From Planctomycetota bacterium (lineage in GTDB: Bacteria; Planctomycetota; UBA11346), in the NCBI GenBank assembly GCA_038231435.1, contig JBBRLJ010000018.1:32001-96000 (forward strand): a stretch of DNA of 64,000 nt, given 5' to 3'. A program made the position numbers and the translations under genes. The stretch's first letter is position 1. Each line of letters opens with the position of its first letter. Below are positions 19,432-29,377 of this stretch, piece by piece. The notes beneath the pieces are model-generated. The model was not told the origin of the DNA, ran no database searches, and saw only the letters and a list, made by a program, of their open reading frames with translations.

Positions 19432-20016
19432 ATGCGCATCACTACCTCTCCATCCGCTGCGAACCTCTCTGCCGCAGCGCCGCCAAGGATCAGCGCGCGC
19501 GGCTTCACGCTCATCGAGTTGCTGGTCGTCATCACCATCATCTGCATCCTCATGGGGCTGCTGGGATCGGCCATCGCCATGGTGCGGCAGCGGGTGTTCC
19601 GCTCGCAGGCTACAGGTCGGATCGCTCAGCTGCAGTGGGCCTTCGATAACTACGCCACCGAGGACCGGCGCCATCGCTATCCTCCGCAGACGGGAGCCGC
19701 AGATCTCTCTCTTCGCTACGACCCAAGCGGCGTCATGCCTGGAAACCTCAACGCCCTCACGGCGCTGGGCCATCAACTCGATCTGAGTGGCTTCGATCGC
19801 AGCGTTCCAGCGCCCTACCCGTTGCTCGATCCCTGGAGGCGACCGTATCAGTATCAAGTCGATAGCGATCTGATCTCATTCTCAACACCCCAACGGCCCC
19901 TTCCGCTCCTCGGCTGGAACGTTGCCGGAACCCGCCCTTGGGCATACCTGTGGTCGGTTGGACAGAAGGCGCGAACCGATGGCGTCGATTGGATCTACAC
20001 GAAGGACGCGAAATAG
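19432..20016 (+). CDS. Prepilin-type N-methylation protein (GspG-like 1)
   Basis: RG|FTLIELLVVITII; LDPWRRPYQY; LWSVG. Confidence 0.9.
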   Translation: MRITTSPSAANLSAAAPPRISARGFTLIELLVVITIICILMGLLGSAIAMVRQRVFRSQATGRIAQLQWAFDNYATEDRRHRYPPQTGAADLSLRYDPSGVMPGNLNALTALGHQLDLSGFDRSVPAPYPLLDPWRRPYQYQVDSDLISFSTPQRPLPLLGWNVAGTRPWAYLWSVGQKARTDGVDWIYTKDAK

Positions 20017-21243
20017 ATGATGAAGCCACGCGGTGGATTCACCCTCATCGAGATGCTGGTGGTGATCACGATCATCGCCATCCTGTCCGGAATGCTCTCG
20101 GTCCTGGTCGGCATCGCCCAACGCAAGGCCAGGCAGACCAATACCAGGGCGATCCTGATGAAGGTCGACCAAGCCATCCGCTTGTTCCGTAATGAGACGG
20201 GAACCTATCCGTTCCAGACCGATCTCTCGAACGCCGATGCCGATCCATCGCAGTGGACCAACAACCTCGGATTCAGGCTGGCTTGGAAACCGATAGATGC
20301 CGCCGCCCGCACCGCCTACAGGTCGGATCTCCAGGCAGATCTGACGGACATCCACAAGAAATTCTTCTTCAAGAACGGGAAGAACGTGCCGCCGGTCGGT
20401 GACTCGAGCGAAGGAACGCACGCCTTCCGGTTCGGTGATTACTACTTCTCCCCCTCTGACCCGAATTTCAAAACCAACCTCCTGTTGGGAGAGGGGAGCC
20501 TGTCGCTCACCGACGACAAGTTCACCACTCCAGACGATCAGGCCTGCAACTACATGATTCCGGGGTGGAGCTCCGCCGGCTCTGGCTCGGCCTTGGTACT
20601 GACACGCATGGCGGACGAGATCAGTGCTCTTCGCTACCTTTCGGGGCAACTCCCAGTCGAAGCCCCGAAGGGATTCGATCCCACCATACCCGCCGACAAG
20701 GCGCTGCGCCCAAATCTCGACGCCCGCTATTCAATCCTCCATTTTTCCGGCTCCATCCCATATACCTCCTACCACTACGTGCCTTACAACAAGGCGGGCT
20801 GGTACGCCGATGACTCTCGTGGTCCGGTGCTCACCGCCGCGGCTGCCAGGGCCAAAGGTTGGCGGTGCGAATACTTGGCCGATACCCTGCGGCGGCAGGT
20901 ATCCATCGGCAGCCCGGGTGAGATCGATCCCACCGGCACCACCATACTGGATTCCTATGGGCGTCCGTTGGTCTACGTCTGCACGTTCACGCCTGGCGCC
21001 CGGGGCTTCTCGTATGGATTGGGCGGTGGCGTCGGCGACGAGGCCAATTACGGCATGACCCCTGTCTCTCGCCTCGCCACGAGCGATTTGTCCTCGGACA
21101 TCCGTACCACTGCCGCCCCGACCTATGCCATGGAATTCGAGCTGTGGAGCGCTGGCCCAGATGGGCGGTTCTCCTCCATACGATCGGATGTGGCGAATCA
21201 CGACAATATATCGCTGCTGCCGTATAATAAGGATCTGAGATGA
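20017..21243 (+). CDS. Prepilin-type protein (GspG-like 2, large insertion)
   Basis: GG|FTLIEMLVVITII; GTYP; LDSYGRPLVY; FELWSAGPDG. Confidence 0.9.
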   Translation: MMKPRGGFTLIEMLVVITIIAILSGMLSVLVGIAQRKARQTNTRAILMKVDQAIRLFRNETGTYPFQTDLSNADADPSQWTNNLGFRLAWKPIDAAARTAYRSDLQADLTDIHKKFFFKNGKNVPPVGDSSEGTHAFRFGDYYFSPSDPNFKTNLLLGEGSLSLTDDKFTTPDDQACNYMIPGWSSAGSGSALVLTRMADEISALRYLSGQLPVEAPKGFDPTIPADKALRPNLDARYSILHFSGSIPYTSYHYVPYNKAGWYADDSRGPVLTAAAARAKGWRCEYLADTLRRQVSIGSPGEIDPTGTTILDSYGRPLVYVCTFTPGARGFSYGLGGGVGDEANYGMTPVSRLATSDLSSDIRTTAAPTYAMEFELWSAGPDGRFSSIRSDVANHDNISLLPYNKDLR

Positions 21244-22679
21244 TCCTGGTCGAGCGCCGCGGCGGCTTCACGTTGATGGAGTTGCTGGTCGTCGTCGCCA
21301 TCATCTCCATTTTGATGGGGATGTTGACCTACAATTTCGCCAAACCGGAAGTGCGTCGCACGTCAGTGAAGCTTGCCGCTGAAGAGCTGGCAGCGACCTT
21401 TCGCAAGGCGCGGGCCCTGGCGATGGAGCGCAAGACCGTCCATGCCGTGGTCTTCCATATCCAAAACAAGCCGGGCAGCAGCGGCATCGTTCTGAACAAC
21501 CGTTCGGGCGGCCATTGGTACCGCATCCTCGGACCAGGAACCTCCGACACCAACGATCGCTCGCAGACCGCCGACGATCTGCCACCGATCGCCAACGGCG
21601 GATACGGGTATAAGCCGCATAACGTCATGGAGACTTCCGAACTCATCAACCGGGCCTGGGTCGATGACCCGCACATCCTGCTTGCGGGCAAGGTGCGCTT
21701 CCTGGCCCTCACCGACATGGATTACGGTGACAGCTCGGGCGTCAATTGGGCGTATCGCGGAATCTCGACCACCGACTACTTCCCGCGTCCCTGGTTCGGA
21801 TGGTACGATACGACGTCGAAGCGGCTGTATCCTTGGGGCGGCTACGATCCCGCGATCGCAGGCAGCGGTTTCTACTATTGGGGCGTCAATCGGGTCGATG
21901 GCGCCATAACCACCGCCACCCGGGATCCCCAACCCATCGGCAGCCGGAATCCTGTCGCCCGCACGCTCGATCACTGGTCTGTCGGTCAGGGCAACAACTG
22001 GTACGACAACATGCTCGCTCCGAGCGCTCCGGCATCGGACACCCTGTACGAGGCCGATTCCCCACGTCCGGTAATCAACGCCTTCTGGCGGGACTGCAGC
22101 CTGATCTTCCTGAGTACGGGTGAGGTGCGCTGGGGCAATTGGCTGCCGGCACGCAAGTGCTCTTTCCTCATGGATGGTATCACCACCGTCGCCACCGGAT
22201 CACTGCCGATGAAGCGCGGGATCAGCGACCGCCAGAACGGCCAGACGGAAGCCTATGCAGGCTACGTGAGTCAGCACACTGTAGCCGAGGCAGGAAACTT
22301 CGATCAGGATTCCGGTGGCTGGTTCATCACGCTCGCCCCTGATTCCGTCGATGACAAAGATACCTTCCCCAGCGCGGAAGATGCCTTGGCCTCCATCTCG
22401 CCGATGTACCGAGTCTTCGTCTCGCGATTGGGCGAGGTCAAGGTGATCGCGGTCTCGAAGACTCCAAAGCTCAATGGTCTCACCGCATTTCCACCCACCG
22501 AAGCATGGTGGAGAAACGCCACCAACATGCAGCAATACTTCCCCGCGGATCGCCTGCTCGATGGGACGATCATCGACACGTCGTGGTGCAATGAAGGCCT
22601 GGGGATCCTGCAGGGCAAGCCGATCACCGATTTCGTCACCCCAACCATGCTTCGCGAACGCCAGGTGTGGATGAAATGA
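21240..22679 (+). CDS. Prepilin-type protein (GspH/FimT-like)
   Basis: GG|FTLMELLVV; AAEELAATFRKARALA...HAVVF; ATGA overlap. Confidence 0.88.
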   Translation: MILVERRGGFTLMELLVVVAIISILMGMLTYNFAKPEVRRTSVKLAAEELAATFRKARALAMERKTVHAVVFHIQNKPGSSGIVLNNRSGGHWYRILGPGTSDTNDRSQTADDLPPIANGGYGYKPHNVMETSELINRAWVDDPHILLAGKVRFLALTDMDYGDSSGVNWAYRGISTTDYFPRPWFGWYDTTSKRLYPWGGYDPAIAGSGFYYWGVNRVDGAITTATRDPQPIGSRNPVARTLDHWSVGQGNNWYDNMLAPSAPASDTLYEADSPRPVINAFWRDCSLIFLSTGEVRWGNWLPARKCSFLMDGITTVATGSLPMKRGISDRQNGQTEAYAGYVSQHTVAEAGNFDQDSGGWFITLAPDSVDDKDTFPSAEDALASISPMYRVFVSRLGEVKVIAVSKTPKLNGLTAFPPTEAWWRNATNMQQYFPADRLLDGTIIDTSWCNEGLGILQGKPITDFVTPTMLRERQVWMK

Positions 22680-23269
22680 TGAACAACCATGGTCGTTCGG
22701 CATTCACACTGATCGAGATCCTGGCCTGCTTGCTGCTGTTCAGCATGGGGTTGATGGCCGTGATCGGCGTCTTCCTCTACGGCCTCAAATCAGCGGCTGC
22801 AGCGCAGGCAGATGCGACCGCCTGGGCCACCGCGCTCTCGGTGGTCAAAGATCCCCTGCCGCTCGGCGTGGTCGCGGATCCGGTCACCGGCCAACTCACG
22901 CCGTGGACCTGGACATCTAGTGGCGCCACCTGGACCGCCGACGACGGCTCCGGGCAACCAGCATGGGTGTACACGTCGTGGCCCATCGATACTCCCGGCA
23001 GCATCACCGTGGTCGACATGGCCGATCCGAAAAGCAATTCCCCTACGGCCTTCCCCTCCGTGGCTACTCCCGCGGTTGGCTGCGCTCGCGGGTGGCTCAA
23101 TGGCTATTACGTGGAACGGCGTGAGCAGTCGCTCAGCAGCGACCGTCTCAGCGACAACATGCGCCTGGTCGAGGTCCGCGTCGATGTCTACTGGGCCGGG
23201 TATGGGTTCGGGGACGGCAAGCCCCTGGCCAGCACCGTCGACCGCGTGGTGCGGAGCGGCGGACCATGA
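22676..23269 (+). CDS. Prepilin-type protein (GspI/PilV-like)
   Basis: SA|FTLIEILACL...GLMAVIGVF; C-terminal VEVRVDVYW; ATGA overlap. Confidence 0.88.
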   Translation: MMNNHGRSAFTLIEILACLLLFSMGLMAVIGVFLYGLKSAAAAQADATAWATALSVVKDPLPLGVVADPVTGQLTPWTWTSSGATWTADDGSGQPAWVYTSWPIDTPGSITVVDMADPKSNSPTAFPSVATPAVGCARGWLNGYYVERREQSLSSDRLSDNMRLVEVRVDVYWAGYGFGDGKPLASTVDRVVRSGGP

Positions 23270-24243
23270 GACGTTTCCGCAATCAATCCGCCGCATTGAC
23301 CCTGCTCGAATTGATCGTTTCGATCACTTTGGGCATGATCCTGATCGCCCTCGCGTGGACGACGTTCGCAAAATCGAAGGCCGCCGCCGCGCGCACCTCG
23401 ATGCGCGTCGATCTGCATACCTCGGCCGCGGTCTATCGTGAGCTTTTGCAGCGAGATTTCGCCAACCTGTCGCCAGCGACCGCCTTCTTCGCGCGCAGTA
23501 CTCCCCAGGTCCTCACGGGCGCAGATAAGATAGACACCGTCGAAGTGGTCTTCATGCGTACGACCGCGCCACTGCGCACCCAGTTCGCAGAGGACGTCAC
23601 CGAACAGTTCATGGCTGACTACCACTGGGTCCGTTGGCGCTTCAAGCGCACATGGCGACAGGTCGGGCCAACATGGAAGGTCGTCGACTACACCCTCTAT
23701 CGTTCGCGTAGTACTCCGACCCGCAGGTGGAGAGCCGTGGGGTCCATCGTCGGGCCGAATTTCAGCGTTTGGGACAATGGTTCCCAGTCGCTCAAGCCTG
23801 CCCCCGACGAAACGCTCGCCTATCTCAACATGCCCCGGCCACTGCGCGATGCATCCGCCGGCATTCCTTCGCTCGATTGCAATAAGTACAACACGCCGAT
23901 CGCTTCGATACCGTTCGGAGGTGCGCTGAAGGGCGACATCGGGGACCTGACCGATCTCGATAACAATGAATTGGTGAGCAGCACCCGGGTCCGGGATTTC
24001 GCGATCGGCTGGGTCGATGCTGGTGGCGCACTCACCACCATCACTAGCGCGGTTGCCGCGGATGTTCGCATCGACGGCTTGCACATGGACGTGGTCGGCC
24101 CTACCGGCAACGCTTACCTCACCCAGCTCAAGAACCAGGTGCGGGTGATACGCATCGCCATGAACCTCGCGGACGGCGGAGTCTCGCAGGACTTCTCCTT
24201 CTCGATCGCCACGCCCGGATTTCCTCCGCAGTTTCGGCCATGA
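23266..24243 (+). CDS. Prepilin-type protein (GspJ/PilW-like)
   Basis: AA|LTLLELIVSI; LLQRDFAN; RVIRIAMNL; ATGA overlap. Confidence 0.85.
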   Translation: MRRFRNQSAALTLLELIVSITLGMILIALAWTTFAKSKAAAARTSMRVDLHTSAAVYRELLQRDFANLSPATAFFARSTPQVLTGADKIDTVEVVFMRTTAPLRTQFAEDVTEQFMADYHWVRWRFKRTWRQVGPTWKVVDYTLYRSRSTPTRRWRAVGSIVGPNFSVWDNGSQSLKPAPDETLAYLNMPRPLRDASAGIPSLDCNKYNTPIASIPFGGALKGDIGDLTDLDNNELVSSTRVRDFAIGWVDAGGALTTITSAVAADVRIDGLHMDVVGPTGNAYLTQLKNQVRVIRIAMNLADGGVSQDFSFSIATPGFPPQFRP

Positions 24244-27200
24244 ACCTCTTCACCTCCCGCCGCCGCGCCACCGCGCCACCACGTGCACTCGAGGTTCCTA
24301 TGCATCAGGCCGCTCCATGCACGAGGCGGGGCTCGATCATCATGCTGCTGCTCATGAGCGTCATCATGATCATGCTCGTGATCGCATTCTCGTTCTTGCG
24401 CTCGATGCAGATGTCGCGCGGCGCCACCCTGGTTCAACGCAAAGACGACCTGGCCCGCCTGGCCGCCGAAATGGGCATGCAGCACGCCGCCTCGGTCTGC
24501 CTCCATGCATACGCCATGAGCAATGAAGTTCGCGACGACATGACCGTACCTGCGGTGAGCCGATTCGATGCTCCTGACAGCAACGTCTTCAAGCTGATGT
24601 CCAGCCGTCTCTCGTCAGCGGATATCAGCAATCATCCGCCACAGCCCTATGACATGTCTCCAGAACTCCCCTTCCAGAACATGTTCGACTCGGGAGCCCT
24701 AGCAGGCCCGCGTACCGTCGGCTACACCTGGGGTGTCATCAACAAGTCCGGCTACTCACGCCTCACTGAAGCCAACCGCTTCTCGTACGACGCGACCAGG
24801 CCCAGTTCGCTGTATGATCCCGCGAGCTACGATCTCTACGATCCGGCCGCTCCCAATCCCGCCGTCGTGAAGACCGCATTTCCGCCGGTCGATCCGTTCG
24901 TGCGCGGCGCAGCTCTCATCAAGCGGCATCCTAGCGACAATCCGCTATTGCTTGATGCCGACTTCCGACCGGTGATCGACGCCCGCGATGCCCGTTATCG
25001 CCTACGCTACGCCGTGGACATCCAAGACATGTCCGCCGCACTGTGGCTGAATACCGACATGCCATGGCTGACCGCCGTCCAGAAGGCCCAGGCCCGCACG
25101 GCCTATAAGGAGTGTTTCTATGCGGTCGGGACGCAGTTGCGCTTCGACTACAATCCTGCCGATACGTTCGAGAACATCCTCCTCGGCCATGGGGCCGCCG
25201 CCAACGCCCGGTTCGTGAATGGCCAGGCGAGGGAGTGGCCTGAACGGGGCGGCGGCCCGATGTGGTATCGCGGTCCTAATCAGTGGAACCAGTCTCAGCG
25301 CATCAACCATTGTGTCTTCGGCAGCCCCTTCATGAACTGGAATGACCCGCCCTCCAAGGGGTGGATCGGCAGCGCGATCCCGTCGTTCAACGACCTGGGC
25401 TTCGCCCTGCAGGACGATTCCCAGAACTGGCATGAGATGGGCGAGGTCAAGGACAACGAACCGCGCGTGCGAGGCGACAAGGTCGCTCAATTCGCCGGGA
25501 CCCCGTTCGGGCGACCCGACGGCGCTGCGACCGATCATCCCTGGGCGTTGAATGCGTTGATCATCGCCCCGCGCGTTCTCGAGGCCATGGTTGCGGCATA
25601 CATGCCGCCGGTGGTCCGCTCAGTAGCTGTCACCACGGAATGGTGCACCCCCTACTGCAAGACGGTGGACGCTTTCGGCAACGTCAACACCAGTTACAGA
25701 GGATCGCCGATCGCGGGGGTGGCCAACCCGACCGCGTGGAGCATCCCGATCAAAGCCAACCTGACTATTCCCGGATCGGGGCCGGATCTCTTCACCAACG
25801 CGTTCACGCCGTTGGGGCAGACGCCCTTCCCGTACGCGACCCCGCCGATGCGCGATTACTGGACGACGCCTGTAGGCCCGGCAGCGGCGCCAAGCACCTG
25901 GCGATGCGACCACACTCCCGTCTCCGATACCCGCACCAACGCTCAGCGATATCCCGGTACGCGCTTTTTCTCGGTCCTCGCCACCGAACCCATGGGCCAG
26001 TGCCTGACCCGTTGGCGTGGCAAGAATCCTGATGGAACACCCTACGACAGCATCGCTCTGGCATGCCTGCCACGCCAAACCGACAGCGATCCTGCTTCGT
26101 CGAATCCCCCGGCCCCGCCGTGGGCCCTCGGCACGGCCTATGCCGTCGACGACCGCGTAAGCTACCTCGGCGAGATCTACGTCTGCAACTCGACGGTGGA
26201 CGTCGCTGCCGCGGCCAATCCCGGCAATGGACCTGGCGGCGCTACGACTCGCTTCGTGCTCGAAGCCCCGATATCGGTCTTCCCTCCGGCTCCCGGAGGC
26301 GACCACCTCGGGCGGCACATCATCTTCTACAAGCCCGACTACGTGGACCCCAATCCAGGCAATAGCATCCTCGCGGTGAAAAATACGGTCTACAAATATC
26401 TCTCCGTCGCCAATTTTAATAGCATCAATGCCCCCAACTGGTGGCTCTACCCCGGCGACAACATCAACAACTCTTCCGAATTCATGCCGGGAGGGCCGTT
26501 CAGTCCCGGCATCAGCGGCGCCGGCACCGACGGGTTCGTGTCAGCGTACAAGGGCTCTTCATGGACCGTCTATTCGCCGCCAGTCCCAGTGATCGTCAAT
26601 GGCGAGGTCTATCCCTGCCCCGACTGGGGCAATCCGAGCCCGCCGGCAACGCCGGCTGCACTGCTCGCAACCCAGGTGACGGCGGCTCAGACCCCCCCAC
26701 CCGCTCGCGGCCCGCTCGGTGTGGTGAACCCTGAGGGATGGCAGATCAGCCGCGCTGCGGGATCGTGGGGTTCCCCCGCCAAGAGCACCGTTCCGAACTC
26801 CTATTACAACCGGCTATCGCTCGCCTTCTGGCACGCCGTCTTCGTCGCCCAGGCAGCGAATATGTCCTGGGCTGATCGGCAAGACTGCCGCTCACAGGCG
26901 TTCGCGCCCGGGAGTGCCAACGTTGGGGATTTCGGCGTCTACTACGCGACAAATCCCGATCAATTCGACTTCACATCCTATAAGCGCAAAGGTCCTGCTT
27001 CGTGGTCGCCGGCAGCAGCCGACTTCGACAGCGTCGAGCAGATCGATCGGCAGTTCGTTGCCAACATGGGCGAGAGCTTCACCCAGCCAGGACACGTCAC
27101 CCCGACCCAGGCCTCCGCCTCGCGTCCGCCCCGTTACTTGGGCAAGCAGACCTACACGCCGAAGTTCAGCACCAACTGGTGCGGAGGCCGCGACGGGAAT

Positions 27201-27923
27201 TCGTACTGCTATACCAACTACAACAATATGCGGGTCGCCGAATATTGCGTGACCAACAACATCCGCACCTTGCTCGATCCCCTCGACACCAGGCCGGGCG
27301 GGGCGCTGACCGCGTTCAGCACCGATCCGCAGCTGCCGCCACCCCACAATATCTGGCTGCTGGATGAGTGGAATGCCGAGGCCGAGGCCGGATACATTCC
27401 GGGCGTGAACGTCGGCGCCCAGCCGACCACGGTGGCGCGTGCACGCGCGAAGATGATGGAGCGCGTATTGAATGACTGGCGTCTCAGCTTCCTCGGCTCC
27501 AGCAAGGCCTATGCGGCCTCCTTCCTTCCCAAGGATTTCGATGGCGACGGCAAGGTGTTCTGCAGCGGCTACCTGACTCCCAATGCCGCCGATCCGGACT
27601 GTGGCCTGACCTGCTGGAAATCAGCGGATGCCAGTGGCAACGGACCCGGCAAGGCGGCGGGTGACCTGACCATCTATTCGGTCACCGGCTGCCTCACCAT
27701 CACTCGCAGCCATCAATTCAAGATCCATGTCCGCGGCGAGCTTTATGACAACTTCCTCGATCGCGCGGTCAGCGAGCAGTACCTCGAATCGGCCGTGATG
27801 ATCGACCCCGATGACAATATCACTCGAGGCGCGTTGCCCAGCGGCCTCGCCGATTCGGTGCTCATCATGCAGCGGCCGATCCATAGTTATTATCGCGGAT
27901 TCTTGAATCGGGCATACCCGTGA
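24240..27923 (+). CDS. Large GspK/PilX-like protein, probable pilus-tip adhesin (alternative start 24300)
   Basis: RRG|SIIMLLLMSVI lacking Glu5; ARLAAEMGMQHA; C-terminal RSHQFKIHVRGE; CBM5/12-like motif at 26121-26186. Confidence 0.85.
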   Translation: MNLFTSRRRATAPPRALEVPMHQAAPCTRRGSIIMLLLMSVIMIMLVIAFSFLRSMQMSRGATLVQRKDDLARLAAEMGMQHAASVCLHAYAMSNEVRDDMTVPAVSRFDAPDSNVFKLMSSRLSSADISNHPPQPYDMSPELPFQNMFDSGALAGPRTVGYTWGVINKSGYSRLTEANRFSYDATRPSSLYDPASYDLYDPAAPNPAVVKTAFPPVDPFVRGAALIKRHPSDNPLLLDADFRPVIDARDARYRLRYAVDIQDMSAALWLNTDMPWLTAVQKAQARTAYKECFYAVGTQLRFDYNPADTFENILLGHGAAANARFVNGQAREWPERGGGPMWYRGPNQWNQSQRINHCVFGSPFMNWNDPPSKGWIGSAIPSFNDLGFALQDDSQNWHEMGEVKDNEPRVRGDKVAQFAGTPFGRPDGAATDHPWALNALIIAPRVLEAMVAAYMPPVVRSVAVTTEWCTPYCKTVDAFGNVNTSYRGSPIAGVANPTAWSIPIKANLTIPGSGPDLFTNAFTPLGQTPFPYATPPMRDYWTTPVGPAAAPSTWRCDHTPVSDTRTNAQRYPGTRFFSVLATEPMGQCLTRWRGKNPDGTPYDSIALACLPRQTDSDPASSNPPAPPWALGTAYAVDDRVSYLGEIYVCNSTVDVAAAANPGNGPGGATTRFVLEAPISVFPPAPGGDHLGRHIIFYKPDYVDPNPGNSILAVKNTVYKYLSVANFNSINAPNWWLYPGDNINNSSEFMPGGPFSPGISGAGTDGFVSAYKGSSWTVYSPPVPVIVNGEVYPCPDWGNPSPPATPAALLATQVTAAQTPPPARGPLGVVNPEGWQISRAAGSWGSPAKSTVPNSYYNRLSLAFWHAVFVAQAANMSWADRQDCRSQAFAPGSANVGDFGVYYATNPDQFDFTSYKRKGPASWSPAAADFDSVEQIDRQFVANMGESFTQPGHVTPTQASASRPPRYLGKQTYTPKFSTNWCGGRDGNSYCYTNYNNMRVAEYCVTNNIRTLLDPLDTRPGGALTAFSTDPQLPPPHNIWLLDEWNAEAEAGYIPGVNVGAQPTTVARARAKMMERVLNDWRLSFLGSSKAYAASFLPKDFDGDGKVFCSGYLTPNAADPDCGLTCWKSADASGNGPGKAAGDLTIYSVTGCLTITRSHQFKIHVRGELYDNFLDRAVSEQYLESAVMIDPDDNITRGALPSGLADSVLIMQRPIHSYYRGFLNRAYP

Positions 27924-27990
27924 ATGTGTTGCCTGCGGGATCCGCGAGTCTCTCTCGCATATTCTAAATCCCGACGTGCGGGCGCGCCCA

Positions 27991-28014
27991 CCTGCCTGCC
28001 TGCCTGCCTGCCTG
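27991..28014. repeat. (CCTG)6 microsatellite
   Basis: Read directly; intergenic. Confidence 0.95.
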
Positions 28015-28186
28015 AGGGCGTTTGCGCCCAGGCGATCTCCCCCGCACACGGAATCGCGGTTTGACAGCCGGCGGGTTCGATGCTCGCACGATTCGCAGCG
28101 TGGGACGGGAATGCTTCGGATGCGAAGTTGAGGACCTGCGGGTCGAGCACCCCTTGCCCGGGCAGCTGGCGCGCCACCATGCGCGC

Positions 28187-28843
28187 ATGCTCATCGCCCC
28201 GACTTCCAAGCTGCTCATGATCGGCGATTCCATCACCGACTGCGAACGTGCCCGCCCGGTCGGCGAAGGCCTGTTCGGAGCGATCGGCAAGGGCTATGTC
28301 GCCCAGGTCGATGCCCTGCTCGGTTCTACCTATCCGGCCCACCAGATCCGCGTGGTCAACATGGGCTGCAGCGGCAACACCGTGCGCGATCTCAAGGCGC
28401 GCTGGCAGACCGACGTGCTCGATCAGAAGCCCGACTGGCTGTCGATCATGATCGGCATCAACGACGTCTGGCGCCAGTTCGACCTGCCGCGGCAGACTGA
28501 GATCCACGTCGGTTTGGAGGAATACGAACGCACCCTCGACGAATTGGTTGCCAGGACCAAGCTGATCCTGAAGGGTCTGGTGCTGATGACGCCCTTCTTC
28601 ATCGAATCCCAGCCCAACGACGCGATGCGCGCACGCATGGATCAGTACTCGGCCGCGGTCAAGAGAGTCGCAGCCAAGCACCAGACGTTGTTCGTCGACA
28701 CGCAGGCCGCCTACGGCCGCGTGCTCGCGCACACCCATTCCGCCGCCCTGGCCTGGGACCGCGTTCACCCGAACCACATCGGCCACATGGTGATGGCGCG
28801 CGCGTTCCTCGACGCCGTGGGTTATGCTTGGACCGGGAAGTAG
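28187..28843 (+). CDS. SGNH/GDSL hydrolase
   Basis: IGDSIT, NMGCSGN, IGINDVW, DRVHP. Confidence 0.93.
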   Translation: MLIAPTSKLLMIGDSITDCERARPVGEGLFGAIGKGYVAQVDALLGSTYPAHQIRVVNMGCSGNTVRDLKARWQTDVLDQKPDWLSIMIGINDVWRQFDLPRQTEIHVGLEEYERTLDELVARTKLILKGLVLMTPFFIESQPNDAMRARMDQYSAAVKRVAAKHQTLFVDTQAAYGRVLAHTHSAALAWDRVHPNHIGHMVMARAFLDAVGYAWTGK

Positions 28844-28855
28844 CTTTTATTTTTC

Positions 28856-29353
28856 AGGGGCTTCGCCCCTACGGCCCTGACGGGCCTACCCCACGGGCTT
28901 TGTCGGGGCTCGATTTCTCCGCTGCGCTGCGAAATCGTTGGCGGATGGGCTTCGCCCATTGTATCCGCCGACCGCCCCTCGGCGCCCGCCCCATCGCGGA
29001 GCGATGGGGCCCCCGTCCAAGATGGCGGCACAGCCGCCACCGGCCGCCGAGTCCTGGTTTGCGTGAACAATGGGCGCAGCCCATCACGCAAACTTTTATC
29101 AAAGGGGCTCCGCCCCTACGGCCCTGACGGGCCTACCCCACGGGCTTTGTCGTGGCTCGTTTTGTCCAGCGGAGCTGGCCAAAACGTGGGCGGATCGGCT
29201 CCGCCGATCATATCCGCCCACCGCCACTCGGCGCCCGCCCCATCGCGCAGCGATGGGGCCCGGGGGCGAAGCCCCATCAAAACCGTGGCAACGCCACCGG
29301 CCGCCGAGTCCTGGTTTGCGTGAACAATGGGCGCAGCCCATCACGCAAACTTT
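28856..29353 (+). repeat. Tandem pair of ~250-bp structured REP-like elements, copies B (28856-29096) and C (29103-29353)
   Basis: Shared AGGGGCT(T/C)CGCCCCTACGGCCCTGACGGGCCTACCCCACGGGCTTTGTCG head and an identical ~62-bp tail (29035-29096 and 29292-29353). Confidence 0.95.
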
Positions 29354-29377
29354 CTGGCCGCCCGGCGGACAGAAAGA

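Noticed and set aside
16430..28020. Pilin region as an integrated genomic island
   Set aside because: Codon usage looks relaxed, but no integrase, tRNA, att repeats or transposase was found; kept only as an accessory cassette.
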